Positions 23,101 through 34,300 of a DNA stretch of 64,000 nucleotides are shown here, one piece after another (the first letter of the stretch is position 1; every line of letters begins with the position of its first letter). Under the pieces are notes generated by a model, which saw only the letters and a program-made list of their open reading frames with translations, was not told the DNA's origin and ran no database searches. Made by a program: the position numbers and the translations under genes. The DNA is from Azolla caroliniana (taxonomy: Eukaryota; Plantae; Polypodiophyta), in contig JBHGNT010000021.1 of NCBI GenBank assembly GCA_043228905.1, forward strand, positions 3,968,001 through 4,032,000, given 5' to 3'.

Positions 23101-23684
23101 GGCTGCTACCTTATGCTTTGTGGGCAGACCGGACCACGCACAGTTCGGTAACCGGGTACATGCCGACGGAGCTCATGTTCGGCCAGAAGCCGATCATGCC
23201 GATTGAACGGACGATCTCCTTGTGGGCAACGGTCGACTGGAGGGACGAGATGAGCCGGGAGGAGTTGTTGGCCGCACGTATACGACAGCTCGAGCGGAGA
23301 CCGGAGGACGTGGCACTGGCTACGGAGAAGCTCCGGGTGGCGAGGACAAAGAACAAAGCCCGGTTCGACCGAACGCACCGGCTACGACCGAAGAAAATCG
23401 ACGAAGGTGACTGGGTGCTCGTCTACGACAGCAGCCTCGACAACCAGCACCGAGCAACGCGGAAGTTCGCACGGAGATGGTTCGGACCGTACACGGTACA
23501 GAGCGCCAACGACAACGGGACGTATCATCTGGCGGAACTCGACGGTACGAGAATAACGATACCCGTGGCCGGGAAGAGGATCAAAGCTTTCAAGAAGCGG
23601 CACGACAACGAACCCGACCCGATTCTCCTGGACAGCAGCGACGACCGATCCGAGGCCGAGGAAGGGCCGGCAGACGAAGAGTAG
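20187..23684 (+). CDS. pol: Pol (RT-RNase H-integrase) in the -1 frame, probably reached by ribosomal frameshift
   Basis: RT motifs LRFIQDLQPVN, LPQGGTNS, FLDDI; RNase H VDTS...ETD; integrase H-H-C-C and D-D-E (MVDL, ADRG, KVERG). The frame is open back to the G GAT TTT site at 20187-20193. No chromodomain. Confidence 0.95.
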   Translation, partial: GFLERAAKAWGRDSPDNPGKPHTCTIKPKKPCTIGREFLFSDSGACAVVGIAGREKTKTEARLRACGVLGPDEEINGAVEAVSFDDTLGMLGKVVEEGLNEDRTIPVCSEEMYEVIADFGRGLESVRTAHVNTKYKTVDRKVRPVAAPLPEDSASRIKGVASDPSLRDPACIGHTFTDETLRELKIGRGGFLLPAEEDRFRRMLGRHGKAFAFSPEEIGCVDPTIVEPMVIFTVPHVPWNLKPIPVPRAHIPKLMELLRQKVDMGILEPSSAPYSNRWFTVPKKNGSLRFIQDLQPVNRVTIRNAGIGPTIDEFAEAFAGRSIYSVGDLYSGYDQFQLAVESRDITTMRTPLGLVRMCTLPQGGTNSVAHMVNAMNKVLRDCIPDITMPFLDDIPIKGCPVEEKDETIGPDGCRRFVATHIDDCEKVLQRLEDARLTFSGEKSAFGQSEIMVVGHLCGPYGRKPSPAKVEAISAMKPDCSSVTEVRRFLGACAFYHMWIPHYAHVAEPLYGLLKKERRFEWLDKHAESVRKLKEALAAAPAIRKAVYGKGTPVFITVDTSPTGIGWVVNQEDEDGNRFPIRFGAKVLSERQRGYAQVKRELWGIVSAVKADKDYLIGTEVIIETDCLPILGMVSGCATPDLAMLRWIAYIKSLDPEIRHISGKDNAMADMLSRARFDDEGGMVSEDEEVGVDFFEAAYITTDGMSTPALNEFDTSKYDGEWLQIGGFLKTMTPDASWTKDEANRIRKKAYRFFLRDGHLWRHPKKRNGVPLRVVAMKEVQEELLAAYHDSPWAGHRGTWATFEKLKGKYWWPGLYRDVHRFVSTCESCQMHSIVRHRDGLHPTYPPTIHFKWMVDLVTMPMGVGQMRYLVLAREDLTNQVEGRALQNKTTAAVCRFLVEDVICRSGCVGKIVADRGELDAEEAAELFDRLGVKLSLTTAYNPEANGKVERGHGPIVKALIRACGGQVGNWPRLLPYALWADRTTHSSVTGYMPTELMFGQKPIMPIERTISLWATVDWRDEMSREELLAARIRQLERRPEDVALATEKLRVARTKNKARFDRTHRLRPKKIDEGDWVLVYDSSLDNQHRATRKFARRWFGPYTVQSANDNGTYHLAELDGTRITIPVAGKRIKAFKKRHDNEPDPILLDSSDDRSEAEEGPADEE

Positions 23685-23756
23685 AGACGGGCCGGTTTTC
23701 TCCGTGCCAACTTAATTTGGCGCATGCCGGTGGATGCGCGGTTAGGTGGGGGCGGA

Positions 23757-24473
23757 TGTCGTGAAGAAAACCGCCCACAAGAGGAATCGGAGGAACAAGG
23801 CGTGGGAAACGACTCTACACACACACGCGCGCCAAGAAGTACCTAAGGACGAAGTAGGTACATACGAGGATCCTAGGTGGGTAGATTCGGTTGGTAAGCA
23901 GTTAATGCCAAACGGCCTCTTGACGGGCTATAAAAGGAAGAGGAAGAATAGAAGTGGGGATCTCCCGCGGAGAGGACGAGGTGCTGCCGAACCGATTTCG
24001 GAGCTCTCTCTCACTCCCGCTCTCTCTGTCTTCTGCTCCATCGCGTACCTGTGCAGGTTTCGAGGAGGCTTGTGCTGTTCCGTGGAACGCCCCGAGTGCG
24101 TCCTGCAGCACCTCCGACCTGTTTCCCCCCTTCTGTGCGTCGCGACATACAGGGGTCGGCATCTGTTCGCCGCCCTGTTCGTTTTCGTTAGTATCTATTT
24201 CGTGCCCCACTGTGGGTTGTAATACTTTAGTCTGTTATTTCCTTGCATTCATAAGTACATATCTTTCGTTGTTGCGTCCATCTGCGTCGGCGTTTATTTG
24301 TGATCTCTGTTTGTTGGGCCGTGTCCCTGTGTAATCGTCGGTTCTGCGCAATCGGAACTTCGGTTCTGTGTAATCGGGGTCTCTCTCTCTTACCTCTCTC
24401 TCTCTTGCTCTTCGGTTCAAGACCCCCGTGGTCCCTCCTCCTTTCTACACGCAAGGGCGTAGCAACCCCGACA
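23757..24473 (+). repeat. 3' LTR of the gypsy element
   Basis: Direct repeat of 17310-18026, preceded by the PPT and followed by TSD CCGT. Confidence 0.97.
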
Positions 24474-24837
24474 CCGTGAAAACTGGTAATGAGAGTTGCC
24501 TATTTTCCACATAAATAGGATACGTAATTGTGCAAGCAATAAAAATATATGATTTGGATGCATTATGATCAATGCATGATTTGAAGCAACAAGGTAGATG
24601 GAGATTGACAATACATAACGTCACAATCCAAGTCAAATGTGCAAATGAGCAAATACATTAGTATGAGAGGAAAAGAGGTCCCTTTGACATCATGTTAGTC
24701 AAGGTAAGTTAGATGCTTAAATACCTTCTTCTTCTTTTTAAAAACAAATTATCCTTCCATTAGTTATAAAGAAAGGTCATAACGGTTACATCATACAAAG
24801 TATTTTTTCCCAAGCCCGTCTTGTTTAAAATCTATGT

Positions 24838-25120
24838 ACTCCATCTTGCCGAATACACCAAATTCCTGCACATAAACAATAAAATGTGTCTAAATTCCTC
24901 ATCTCGTCATGAGAATGTGCTTCGACCTCCACACCATCATCACTCATCCTTATCCAAAACATAAATTCTATGTCATTAAGTCCACATCATCCATCTCGAC
25001 GAATACCGCCAAAATCCTGCACGTACAACAATACATGAGTCTTTTTTCTTCATCCCCTCATGAGAGTATGCTTTGCCCCCCACACCCTCATCACTCATCC
25101 TTATCCAAAAACATACATTT
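24838..25120. repeat. Diverged tandem duplication (~150-bp unit)
   Basis: 'ccatct...cgaatac.cc.aa.tcctgcac...catgaga.t.tgctt...catcactcatccttatccaaaacata' at ~24841 and ~24991. Confidence 0.7.
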
Positions 25121-25902
25121 GCTTCATCAATTTCTCACGGATTACTGCCAAAACCTATACATACAAACAACTAAATGAGTCTAGTCTTCTTAATAGATGC
25201 TTAAATACCTTATGTAAAGGCAAGCAAGGAAGAGGGAAAGTGAGATATATAACATGCAAAAAACATTTTAATTATTAAGTACCAATAATATGTTACACTT
25301 GCTTCATGGGCATTGACACTGAAACCTTGATGTAAATGAATAGACAATTTCACTTGAACTTAAGCTAGAAGGCACCATTATCCAACATGTGTGAAATGCC
25401 TTAGAGAGCAAATAACTTTGTGAGTGAATCATATAAGTCACATTTATGACTCTTCCCAAGTTCTTTTCTTTTTACACACTTAAGTTTAAGCCTTCCTTTA
25501 AGCTCTCTCTCAACCTCACTCTTGTATTAATTATAATTCCTTCATAGATAGTGGTTCTTCTAGCTCTTGTTGTGAGATCATTACATTCCTCAAGTCATGA
25601 AGCAATGGTTATGAGTTTCATAGCTGAGTGTTGCACACTCTACGGCATCAAAAAACCTAACACACCTTGTTTATGAGTGTAAGATTGATTTGCTTGGCAC
25701 CAACATAGAAGCTTGAAGTTCAAAAAAACCTAACAACCTCATTCATTCATCTTGCCTATACATGAGCCCCAACATGACTTCATCAAGGAGAAGAAACTTC
25801 GGCCAAGTCCTAAAAGGAACACCTCCTAGAACACTCATGATGGTTAGTAGAGTAGCCTTCATTAACTTAAAGAGCACGGTAGCTTCAAGTGGATGAGTCT
25901 AT

Positions 25903-28900
25903 TGTTGGGATTACGGTCCCTCCGGATGGGATGGTCAGATGTCCGGGAATCGGGAATGAAGACCCGAATGAGGAGTACCCGGTATCGGAACCGGATGATG
26001 AAGACCCGGTTTCGGATCCGGATGATGAAGACCCCGGCTACGGAGCCGGATGACGAATGTACCCGGAGAGAGATCCGGATGCGGGGACATATTTGTGAAT
26101 ATGTTTGCCAAGGGCCCTCGAGGCTATATTTGTAAATAGCCCGAAAGTCATATGTGTATAAATATGACTTAGGGCAAACAGTTTTGTTGTTGTTGCTCAT
26201 TTTTCTGTTTTCCACTTAGAGGGAGCGAAGTGAGAGCAACCGAGAGAGAGAGTGAGAGAGAGAGAAAGGAAGAGGTCGACGCCTCTGTGTAATACCGCCG
26301 CCTGTGGCGAGGACAACGAGCTCAAGGTCGTCGCCTTGCAACTCGCCATTGTACATTCCCTGCGTATAGTGATAGTTGGAGTCTTGCACTCCCGTGGTTT
26401 TTCCCGTCTAGGGTTTTCCACGCTAAACCCTGTGCATTCGAGTCTCTCTCTGTGTTTTCGATTTACTGTTGCATTGACTCGTGTTTCCTCGGTTGTGGCC
26501 GAGAGGTGAAGGTTTTGAAAGCGTCAATTTCTAACAATCTGGTATCAGAGCGACTGCAGTGCAGAAAATGGAAGGCGGCAGCAGCGGGCAGCCGGGGATG
26601 ATGGTGCTGAATGCGCAGAACTACGCCGACTGGAAGATAAAGATGGAGGATTTGCTCATTGTTCGGGACCTGTATGAACCGATCGACAGGTCGGAAATAC
26701 ACAAGGGGGTACTTGAGACGGAATGGAGGCTTCTGAACCGGAAAGCCGTTGCAACCATTCGGCAATACGTCGATGTGAGCGTTCTACAACATGTGGCGAA
26801 CGACACCAACGCATATGAGATGTGGCAAAAGCTGTCGGGCCTCTACGAGAGGAAGAATGCGTTGAACCGGACCTCCCTGATGAGGAAGATAGTGAACCTC
26901 AAGTACCGGGACGGCGAGAGTATGGTGGAACACGTAAGCACGTTCATGGGATTCGTGAACCAGCTTGCGGCGATCAAGTTCCCGTTGGAGGATGCAATGC
27001 AAGCCATCATGCTGATGTGTACATTGCCGGAAAGCTGGGAGAACTTGGTGGTGACTCTCAGCACCTCCTGCACCGAAGATAACTTGTCCCTACAAACGGT
27101 AAAGACAAGCATTTTGAACGAAGAAGCGCGTCGGAGAGATAAAGAACCGGCCTCCGATCCGAAGATGCTGCTTACCGAATCGGATCGGGGAAGACAACGG
27201 AACCGGAGTCCGCAAAGACGGGAGAAGTCGGGGACCCGGTCGCAGTCAAGAGGAAGGCCCACATGCTTCCACTGTGGGAAGCCGGGGCACTTCCGGAAGA
27301 ATTGTCGGCATTACCGAAAAGACAACAGAGCCGACGACACCGATTCGAAGAAGTCTTCGGAACGGAACGGTGCTTACCGGGGAGCCACGAACCGGAATGG
27401 TTCGGATCGGCGAGGGCAGGACCGGAAAGGAACGACGGCACTCGCGGCAAGTGAAGAGGAGATCATGCTCATCACCGAAGAAGGTGAATTAAACATTGCC
27501 GGCGATGAGACTACCTGGGTGGTCGATTCCGGAGCGTCGTTCCACCTGACCCCGGAAAGAAGATACTTCTCATCCTACACAGCCGGTGAGCATGGCTGTG
27601 TTCGGATGGGAAATGAAGGTACGTGCCGGATTGCCGGCATAGGAGACGTGTGGTTGACAACCTCGACCGGATGCAAAATGTTACTGAAGGATGTCCGACA
27701 CGTTCCGGAGGTTCGATTGAACCTGATTTCGGTCGGGAGGCTAGACGATGAAGGCTACACAGGTAGCATCCGGAACTGCGTAATGAAGTTCAGCAACGGG
27801 AGCCTGATAGTGGCTCGGGCCCGGAAAGTCAACACACTGTACCTTATGAATGCCTGGTTGTGTCCGGAGGAGTTGAACGTGGAAGCCGACACTGCCGGTG
27901 AGCTGTGGCACAAGAGACTGTGCCACATGAGTGAGAAGGGGATGAAGAGGCTTGCAGAAGACAACCTTATTCCAGTGAAGCATGTGCACCTAGAGAAGTG
28001 CACCGATTGCCTGGCCGGTAAGCAGAACCGAACCTCCTTCCACTCAAGGCCACCGACGAGACGTAGCGCACCATTGGAGTTGGTGCACACTGACGTGTGT
28101 CAAGTAGAAACGAAGTCACATGGCGGAGCCCAGTACTTCGTGACATTCATTGATGACCACAGCCGGAAGCTGTGGACGGCACCGTTGAAGACAAAGGACC
28201 AAGTGTTGTGCGTCTTCAAAGAACTCCACGCGAGAGTGGAAAGGGAATCCGGCAAGAAGCTGAAAGCGATACGAGCGGATAACGGAGGGGAATACCGGGG
28301 GCAGTTCGAGGAGTACTGTCGCTCGAAGGGAATCCGGCTCGAGTTTACTGTGCCGAAGACGCCGAAACTGAACGGGCTGGCCGAGAGGATGAACCGGACC
28401 ATAATGGAGAGGGTCCGGAGTATGCTGGCGCATGCGAAATTACCCAAGGGGTTTTGGGCTGAGGCAATGTCGACGGCGACATACGTGATAAACAGATCAC
28501 CCTCAGTACCTTTGGACGGAGACACGCCGCAGAGAGTGTGGACCGGTAGGGAAGTATCCTACCGGCATCTGAAGGTGTTCGGGTGTCTCGCATATGTGCA
28601 TGTGGCAAAGGACCGGAGAGGAAAGCTAGATCCAAAGACCCGGCCATGCATATTCCTCGGTTACGGCGATGACGAGTTCGGCTACCGAGTATGGGACCCG
28701 GTCGACAAAAAGATATTCCGGAGTCGTGATATCATCTTCATGGAGGACAAGACACTCGCCGACTGGGAGTCGGAGAAGAAGATGAAGAGCTCCAAGTCGA
28801 CCGGTGAGGATCAACTCTACGAGGAGCAGTCCCGACCGGCAAGGGACCGGTTAGCACTCGAGGATCCGGCCGAAGACGGTGAAGAAACAGAACCGGCCGA

Positions 28901-31285
28901 GGAAGATGAAACTGATACCGGAACCGGCCCCGATCCCGAAATGGATTCGGATGAAGAGGAAACGGAGGAGCCGGTTACCGAAGCTCCGGAACGGAGATAT
29001 CCTCTAAGAGAGAGAAGGGCCCCCCAGAGATTTCCGGAACCAGAGCACGTGCTGCTAACCGATGAGGGGGAGCCGGAGAGTTTTGAAGAAGCAAAGCTTG
29101 ACACCCATAGCCGCAGGTGGTTAAGTGCCATGCAGGAGGAGATGGATTCCCTGCATGAGAACCACACATATGAACTTGTGGAGTTGCCGAAAGGAAAGCG
29201 GGCACTTCGAAACAAGTGGGTGTTCAAGCTGAAACCGGGAGATGCCGGAAACCCCCCGAGATACAAAGCCAGGATCGTGGTGAAGGGGTTCCAGTAGAAG
29301 AAGGGCGTCGACTTCGACGAGATATTTGCCCCGGTAGTGAAGATGACCTCCATCCGGACGGTGCTGAGCATAGCGGCAAGCATGGACCTCGAGGTAGAAC
29401 AGATGGACGTGAAGACGGCATTCCTTCACGGTGACCTCGAAGAAGAGATCTACATGCAGCAACCGGAAGGATTCGAGAAGAAAGGGAAGGAGCACCTGGT
29501 ATGCCGTTTGAAGAAGAGCCTTTACGGACTGAAGCAGGCTCCCCGACAATGGTACCGGAAGTTCGACTCTTTCATGACCGACGAAGGGTACCACAAAACG
29601 CAGTCCGATCACTGCGTGTTTGTGAAGAAGTTCGAAGGAGGAGACTTTCTAATACTCCTCCTGTACGTGGACGACATGTTGATCGTCGGACGGGACCAGG
29701 TCAAGATACAGATGCTGAAGAAAGCGCTTCACCGAACCTTCTCAATGAAGGACCTGGGTCCGGCGAGGCAAATACTAGGGATGCACATCATCCGGGACCG
29801 GAAGAAGAAGCAGTTGTGGCTGTCACAGGAGAAGTACGTGACAAAGGTGCTTCACCGGTTCAACATGTCGGAAGCAAGACCGGTCGGGTCAACCCTCCCG
29901 GCAAACTGCAAGTTGTCCAGCAAGCAAAGCCCCAAGACAAAGGCTGAGAAGGAGGACATGATGAAAGTACCATATGCCTCTGCCGTCGGAAGCTTGATGT
30001 ACGCAATGGTGTGTACAAGACCGGACATAGGATATGTAGTCGGAGTGGTGAGCCGGTACATGAGCAATCCCGGCAAAGAGCACTGGAACGCGGCCAAGTG
30101 GATACTCCGATACCTGAAGGGCACGGCAAACGTGTGCCTCCGATTCAGCTCCGGTAAGCCCGAACTCGACGGCTTTACCGATTCGGATATGTCGGCTAAT
30201 GCAGATACCAGCCGGTCCACATCAGGGTATGTGATGACGTATGCAGGGGGAGCTGTTTCGTGGCAGTCGAGGTTGTAGAAGACGGTTGCGTTGTCAACCA
30301 CGGAGGCGGAGTACATGGCGGCTGTTGAAGCCGGCAAGGAAATAATATGGATGAAGGACTTCATTAGAGAGCTCGGTATCCGGCAGGAGGAGTACCGACT
30401 CTACTGCGACAGTCAGAGTGCCATCCACCTTGATAAGAATGCAGCCTATCACTCCCGGACGAAGCACATCCAACGAAGATATCACTGGATCCGGGAAAGG
30501 ATAGAAGACCAGGAGTTCGTGCTGACGAAGATCCACACGGACGAGAACGGGTCAGATATGCTGACCAAAGTGCTCACACCCGACAAGCTGGAAGCGTGCC
30601 GGAAGAGGGTCGGACTGGAAAGACATCCCATGCCGAAGTGAAGGGGGAGTTTGTTGGGATTACGGTCCCTCCGGATGGGATGGTCAGATGTCCGGGAATC
30701 GGGAATGAAGACCCGAATGAGGAGTACCCGGTATCGGAACCGGATGATGAAGACCCGGTTTCGGATCCGGATGATGAAGACCCCGGCTACGGAGCCGGAT
30801 GACGAATGTACCCGGAGAGAGATCCGGATGCGGGGACATATTTGTGAATATGTTTGCCAAGGGCCCTCGAGGCTATATTTGTAAATAGCCCGAAAGTCAT
30901 ATGTGTATAAATATGACTTAGGGCAAACAGTTTTGTTGTTGTTGCTCATTTTTCTGTTTTCCACTTAGAGGGAGCGAAGTGAGAGCAGCCGAGAGAGAGA
31001 GTGAGAGAGAGAGAAAGGAAGAGGTCGACGCCTCTGTGTAATACCGCCGCCTGTGGCGAGGACAACGAGCTCAAGGTCGTCGCCTTGCAGCTCGCCATTG
31101 TACATTCCCTGCGTATAGTGATAGTTGGAGTCTTGCACTCCCGTGGTTTTTCCCGTCTAGGGTTTTCCACGCTAAACCCTGTGCATTCGAGTCTCTCTCT
31201 GTGTTTTCGATTTACTGCTGCATTGACTCGTGTTTCCTCGGTTGTGGCCGAGAGGTGAAGGTTTTGAAAGCGTCAATTTCTAACA
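25903..31285 (+). mobile_element. Full-length Ty1/copia LTR retrotransposon, Tork/Tnt1-like (5383 bp), with two nonsense mutations
   Basis: 634-bp LTRs 25903-26536 and 30652-31285 (TGTT...AACA); 5-bp TSD TCTAT (25898-25902, 31286-31290); tRNA-iMet PBS TGGTATCAGAGC 26540-26551; PPT gaagggggag before the 3' LTR. Confidence 0.98.
26568..30641 (+). pseudogene. Copia gag-pol polyprotein (Gag-PR-INT-RT-RH), single frame, interrupted by TAG at 29295-29297 and 30276-30278
   Basis: CFHCGKPGHFRKNC; WVVDSGAS; LWHKRLCH; integrase HTD/ADNGGEY/NGLAER; YKARIV, MDVKTAFL, LLYVDDM; ends DMLTK. The three ORF-track pieces share one frame. Confidence 0.95.
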
Positions 31286-31325
31286 TCTATGAGCATCGCT
31301 CTAGGTAGGAATCTAAGAATTAACG

Positions 31326-34300
31326 TGTTATCATCTTATCAATATAAATTTGGGAATTTAATATACAGAAACAAGGTAATGAAAGTACGCATGTAATAAA
31401 ATTCCACATTCCCTTCCCTTTGATAGAATTCAGTTGCCACCAATAGACCCAACAATGGGTTAACCGTTATAGAGCCTTTATAAGAGACCATGATAAAAAC
31501 CCAAATAAATCATATGAATAATCTCTAAAAACCTACAACAACCCTAATCGGATAGGGGAAAAGAAGAAGATGAATGAAACCCCTAAAACGAGATCCTAAA
31601 ACCCAAAATTCCGAAACCCTAATGGCAACCCATAGAAACCCAAAAAGTGGAAGCCCCTCAAAAGTGACCCCTCACTCCCTTTTATAGTAATAAGGGGTGA
31701 GGCACATTACAAAAAGGAGTGGTCAAATCCCATTTCTTTCAAAGGATAGTATTTGACCTCGATCTTAGGAGGTGAGATTGATGGGTCTTAACTCCCTCTC
31801 CTCTCACCGACATACTCAATGCCCACTACTCCTTACACCCATGCTTCAAGTGCCTCCCTCTAGTCTACAAAGTGCACATCACCTTTATACCATTACATCT
31901 TACTTTTCCTCCTTACATTTGTCTATTATTCCTATGTGTTTTCCTAAGTTCACGTGCAATGTTGCACATCTTGTTTTATTTCTCCCGCTCGGGTTTTCTC
32001 ACCATGGTCGAAAATCCTCACGACAACGTCTCTGCCGAAGGATTAACCGAAGTTGCAAGTATAGAAATGATGAAATGAGGGGGAAATCCATAGTTTGCAA
32101 AGAAGGGGGAAACCTTACTCGAAACATGGATACTATTGTTGTAGGCAAATTCCGCCATTGCAAGGAAGTTCACCCAATCCTCTTGTTGATAGCTCACGGT
32201 ACACCGAGTATTGTTCGAGGATTTGGTTGATTCATTCAGTTTGAGGATTGTATGCTGATGACAGGTTTACAGAAGTTCCGAATGTATGCCGAAATCGTCA
32301 CCAAAAGTGGGAAATGAATTGAGAACCTCGATCAGAGGTGATATCGTCGGGTAAGCCGTGTAATTGGACAACATTTTTAAGAAAAAGGTCAGTTGTCTCT
32401 TCTCCGGAAATGGTTTTGGAACATGGGACAAAGTGAGCCATCTTCGAAAACCGATCGACAATTACTAGCACTGTCTTATGGCCACCGACCAAAGTGTTGA
32501 AATAAGCAAGCTCATTAGTATATTGAGTTTTTATAACTAGGATATAAGTTTTATTTAATAAATAAGTATATATTAAGTGGCCTAGTATATTATTAAAATA
32601 TAATAATATGATAGATAATATTAATAATTAAAATATATATCATAAAGATTTTATGTTAGACATATATTTATGTATTTACTCTAGAAGTAGTGAGCAAGAT
32701 AAAAAGTAAAAGAGTAATTCTATGGTGGAGCAAAGAAGTGTGCATAAAGGAAGAAAAAAAGGAGCAAAGCAATGGTCAAAAATATATGAAAAAGAAGAAC
32801 CACTCAAATTAGACATGCAACTAAAAAGACACAACCTCTCTATAAAAGGCAATGATAGATGTAAGAAGGTGTGATAAAAATAGGGAAGCACCCTCCACAA
32901 GCTAGAGTTAACTTATGTTAATCCTCTTCTCTCCTAAAATCATCTAAGCCATTCATGCTCATGTATAAGCAATAATCCTCTTCTAATATAATCTATTTGA
33001 TGTATATGCTTGTCTAATTACATGAATTTCTTCTTATGTCTCATGATATTTTAGTTTCTATCACTAATTAAACATATATTATGAATTACAAATGGCCTAC
33101 TACTCTTCTAGCTATGTGAGAATAGCATAAATTCTCACACAAAGGGAGGTCGGTAATAAAGTCCATGGATAGAGAGGCCCATGGTCGACTTGGAATTGGG
33201 AGTGGGTGCAGAAGATCGTATGGCTGATGGTGAGCCGTTTTGGACCAAGCACATATACATCACATGTCTTGATAAATTCCTTGACAAATTTCCAAGGTTG
33301 GGGCCACCAAAACCCCCGAGATAGCAACTCCAAGTTTTTGTGACCCCAAAGTGGCCAACAAGAGGATCATCATGACAGTTTTGTAGTACCCGTGTATGAC
33401 GCGATCCTTCGGGAACATACAGGAGATGATTACGATATAGTAACCCATCATGGGTTGTAAATTGGTTGAGATATGAGCTTTTCATGTCAGGGGATGGGTC
33501 ATTGAAGCGGACTATGATTTCTTTGGTGAATGGGTATGGCATGGTTTTCATGGTGATCTCGTTGAGCAAACAATCATCATGCAACATGTAGGTGGCGAAC
33601 ATCTGAAGTTGATCGGGCCTCGGCAAACAATGGGATTGTTGTGAATATGTGTCATCCCTTGGGCGCAATGCGAAATCAAGTCGCCGAGAGAGGGCATCAG
33701 CTTTCCCACGTTGAACTCTGGGTCGAAACAAGATCTCGAAGTCGTAGTAGGCGAGAATAGATGACCATCGGGCTTGCTTTTGATTCAATGTACAACTAAT
33801 GGTGAAGTAAATTAGATTTTTGTGGTCAGTCAACACTTGGATACAATGTTGGGCCCCAACCAAATAGGGTCGCCATTCGGCGAAGGCATAAATGATTGTT
33901 GCAACTTAGCTCCTTGTCGTAGACTGGATAATTGATTTCCGGGGTTGTAAACTTCCGAGAGTAGAAGGCAACAGGATGTAGTGTGCCCTCATCATCTGGT
34001 TGGGACAGGACAGCTCCAATGGCAAAGTCACAGGCGTCGGTTTCAAGTTGGAAGGGCCTTGTGGAAAGCTGCCTTGAGGGCATCAAAAGCACTTTGCGCC
34101 ATGGAGGTCCAAACAAATGGAGTATCTTTTCTAGTAAGGATGATTACATGTTGTACTAAAGAGGAAAAACCATTGATAAATCGTCGATAGAAACTTGCAA
34201 AACCAAGAAAGGATTGTACCTCTTTCAACTGTGTAGGGACAGGCCAATCGGTGATTGTCGCTACCTTGTGTGCATCCATTGTGATCCCAGAGGAGTGTTG

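Larger units (their letters stand above)
17310..24473 (+). mobile_element. Intact Ty3/gypsy LTR retrotransposon, non-chromovirus type (7164 bp)
   Basis: 717-bp LTRs 17310-18026 and 23757-24473 (TGTCG...CGACA); 4-bp TSD CCGT (17306-17309, 24474-24477); PBS 18030-18046; PPT aggtgggggcgga before the 3' LTR; PR-RT-RH-INT order. Confidence 0.98.

Noticed and set aside
29295-30278. Copia TAG codons as programmed readthrough or U-to-C editing sites
   Set aside because: They replace conserved Gln codons inside RT/RNase H; PPR-type editing is organellar; simple C>T mutation explains them.
18191-30536. Numerous antisense and alternate-frame ORFs up to 311 aa within both retroelements
   Set aside because: Shadow ORFs from stop-poor GC-rich coding sequence; no motifs and no env-like or extra gene evident.
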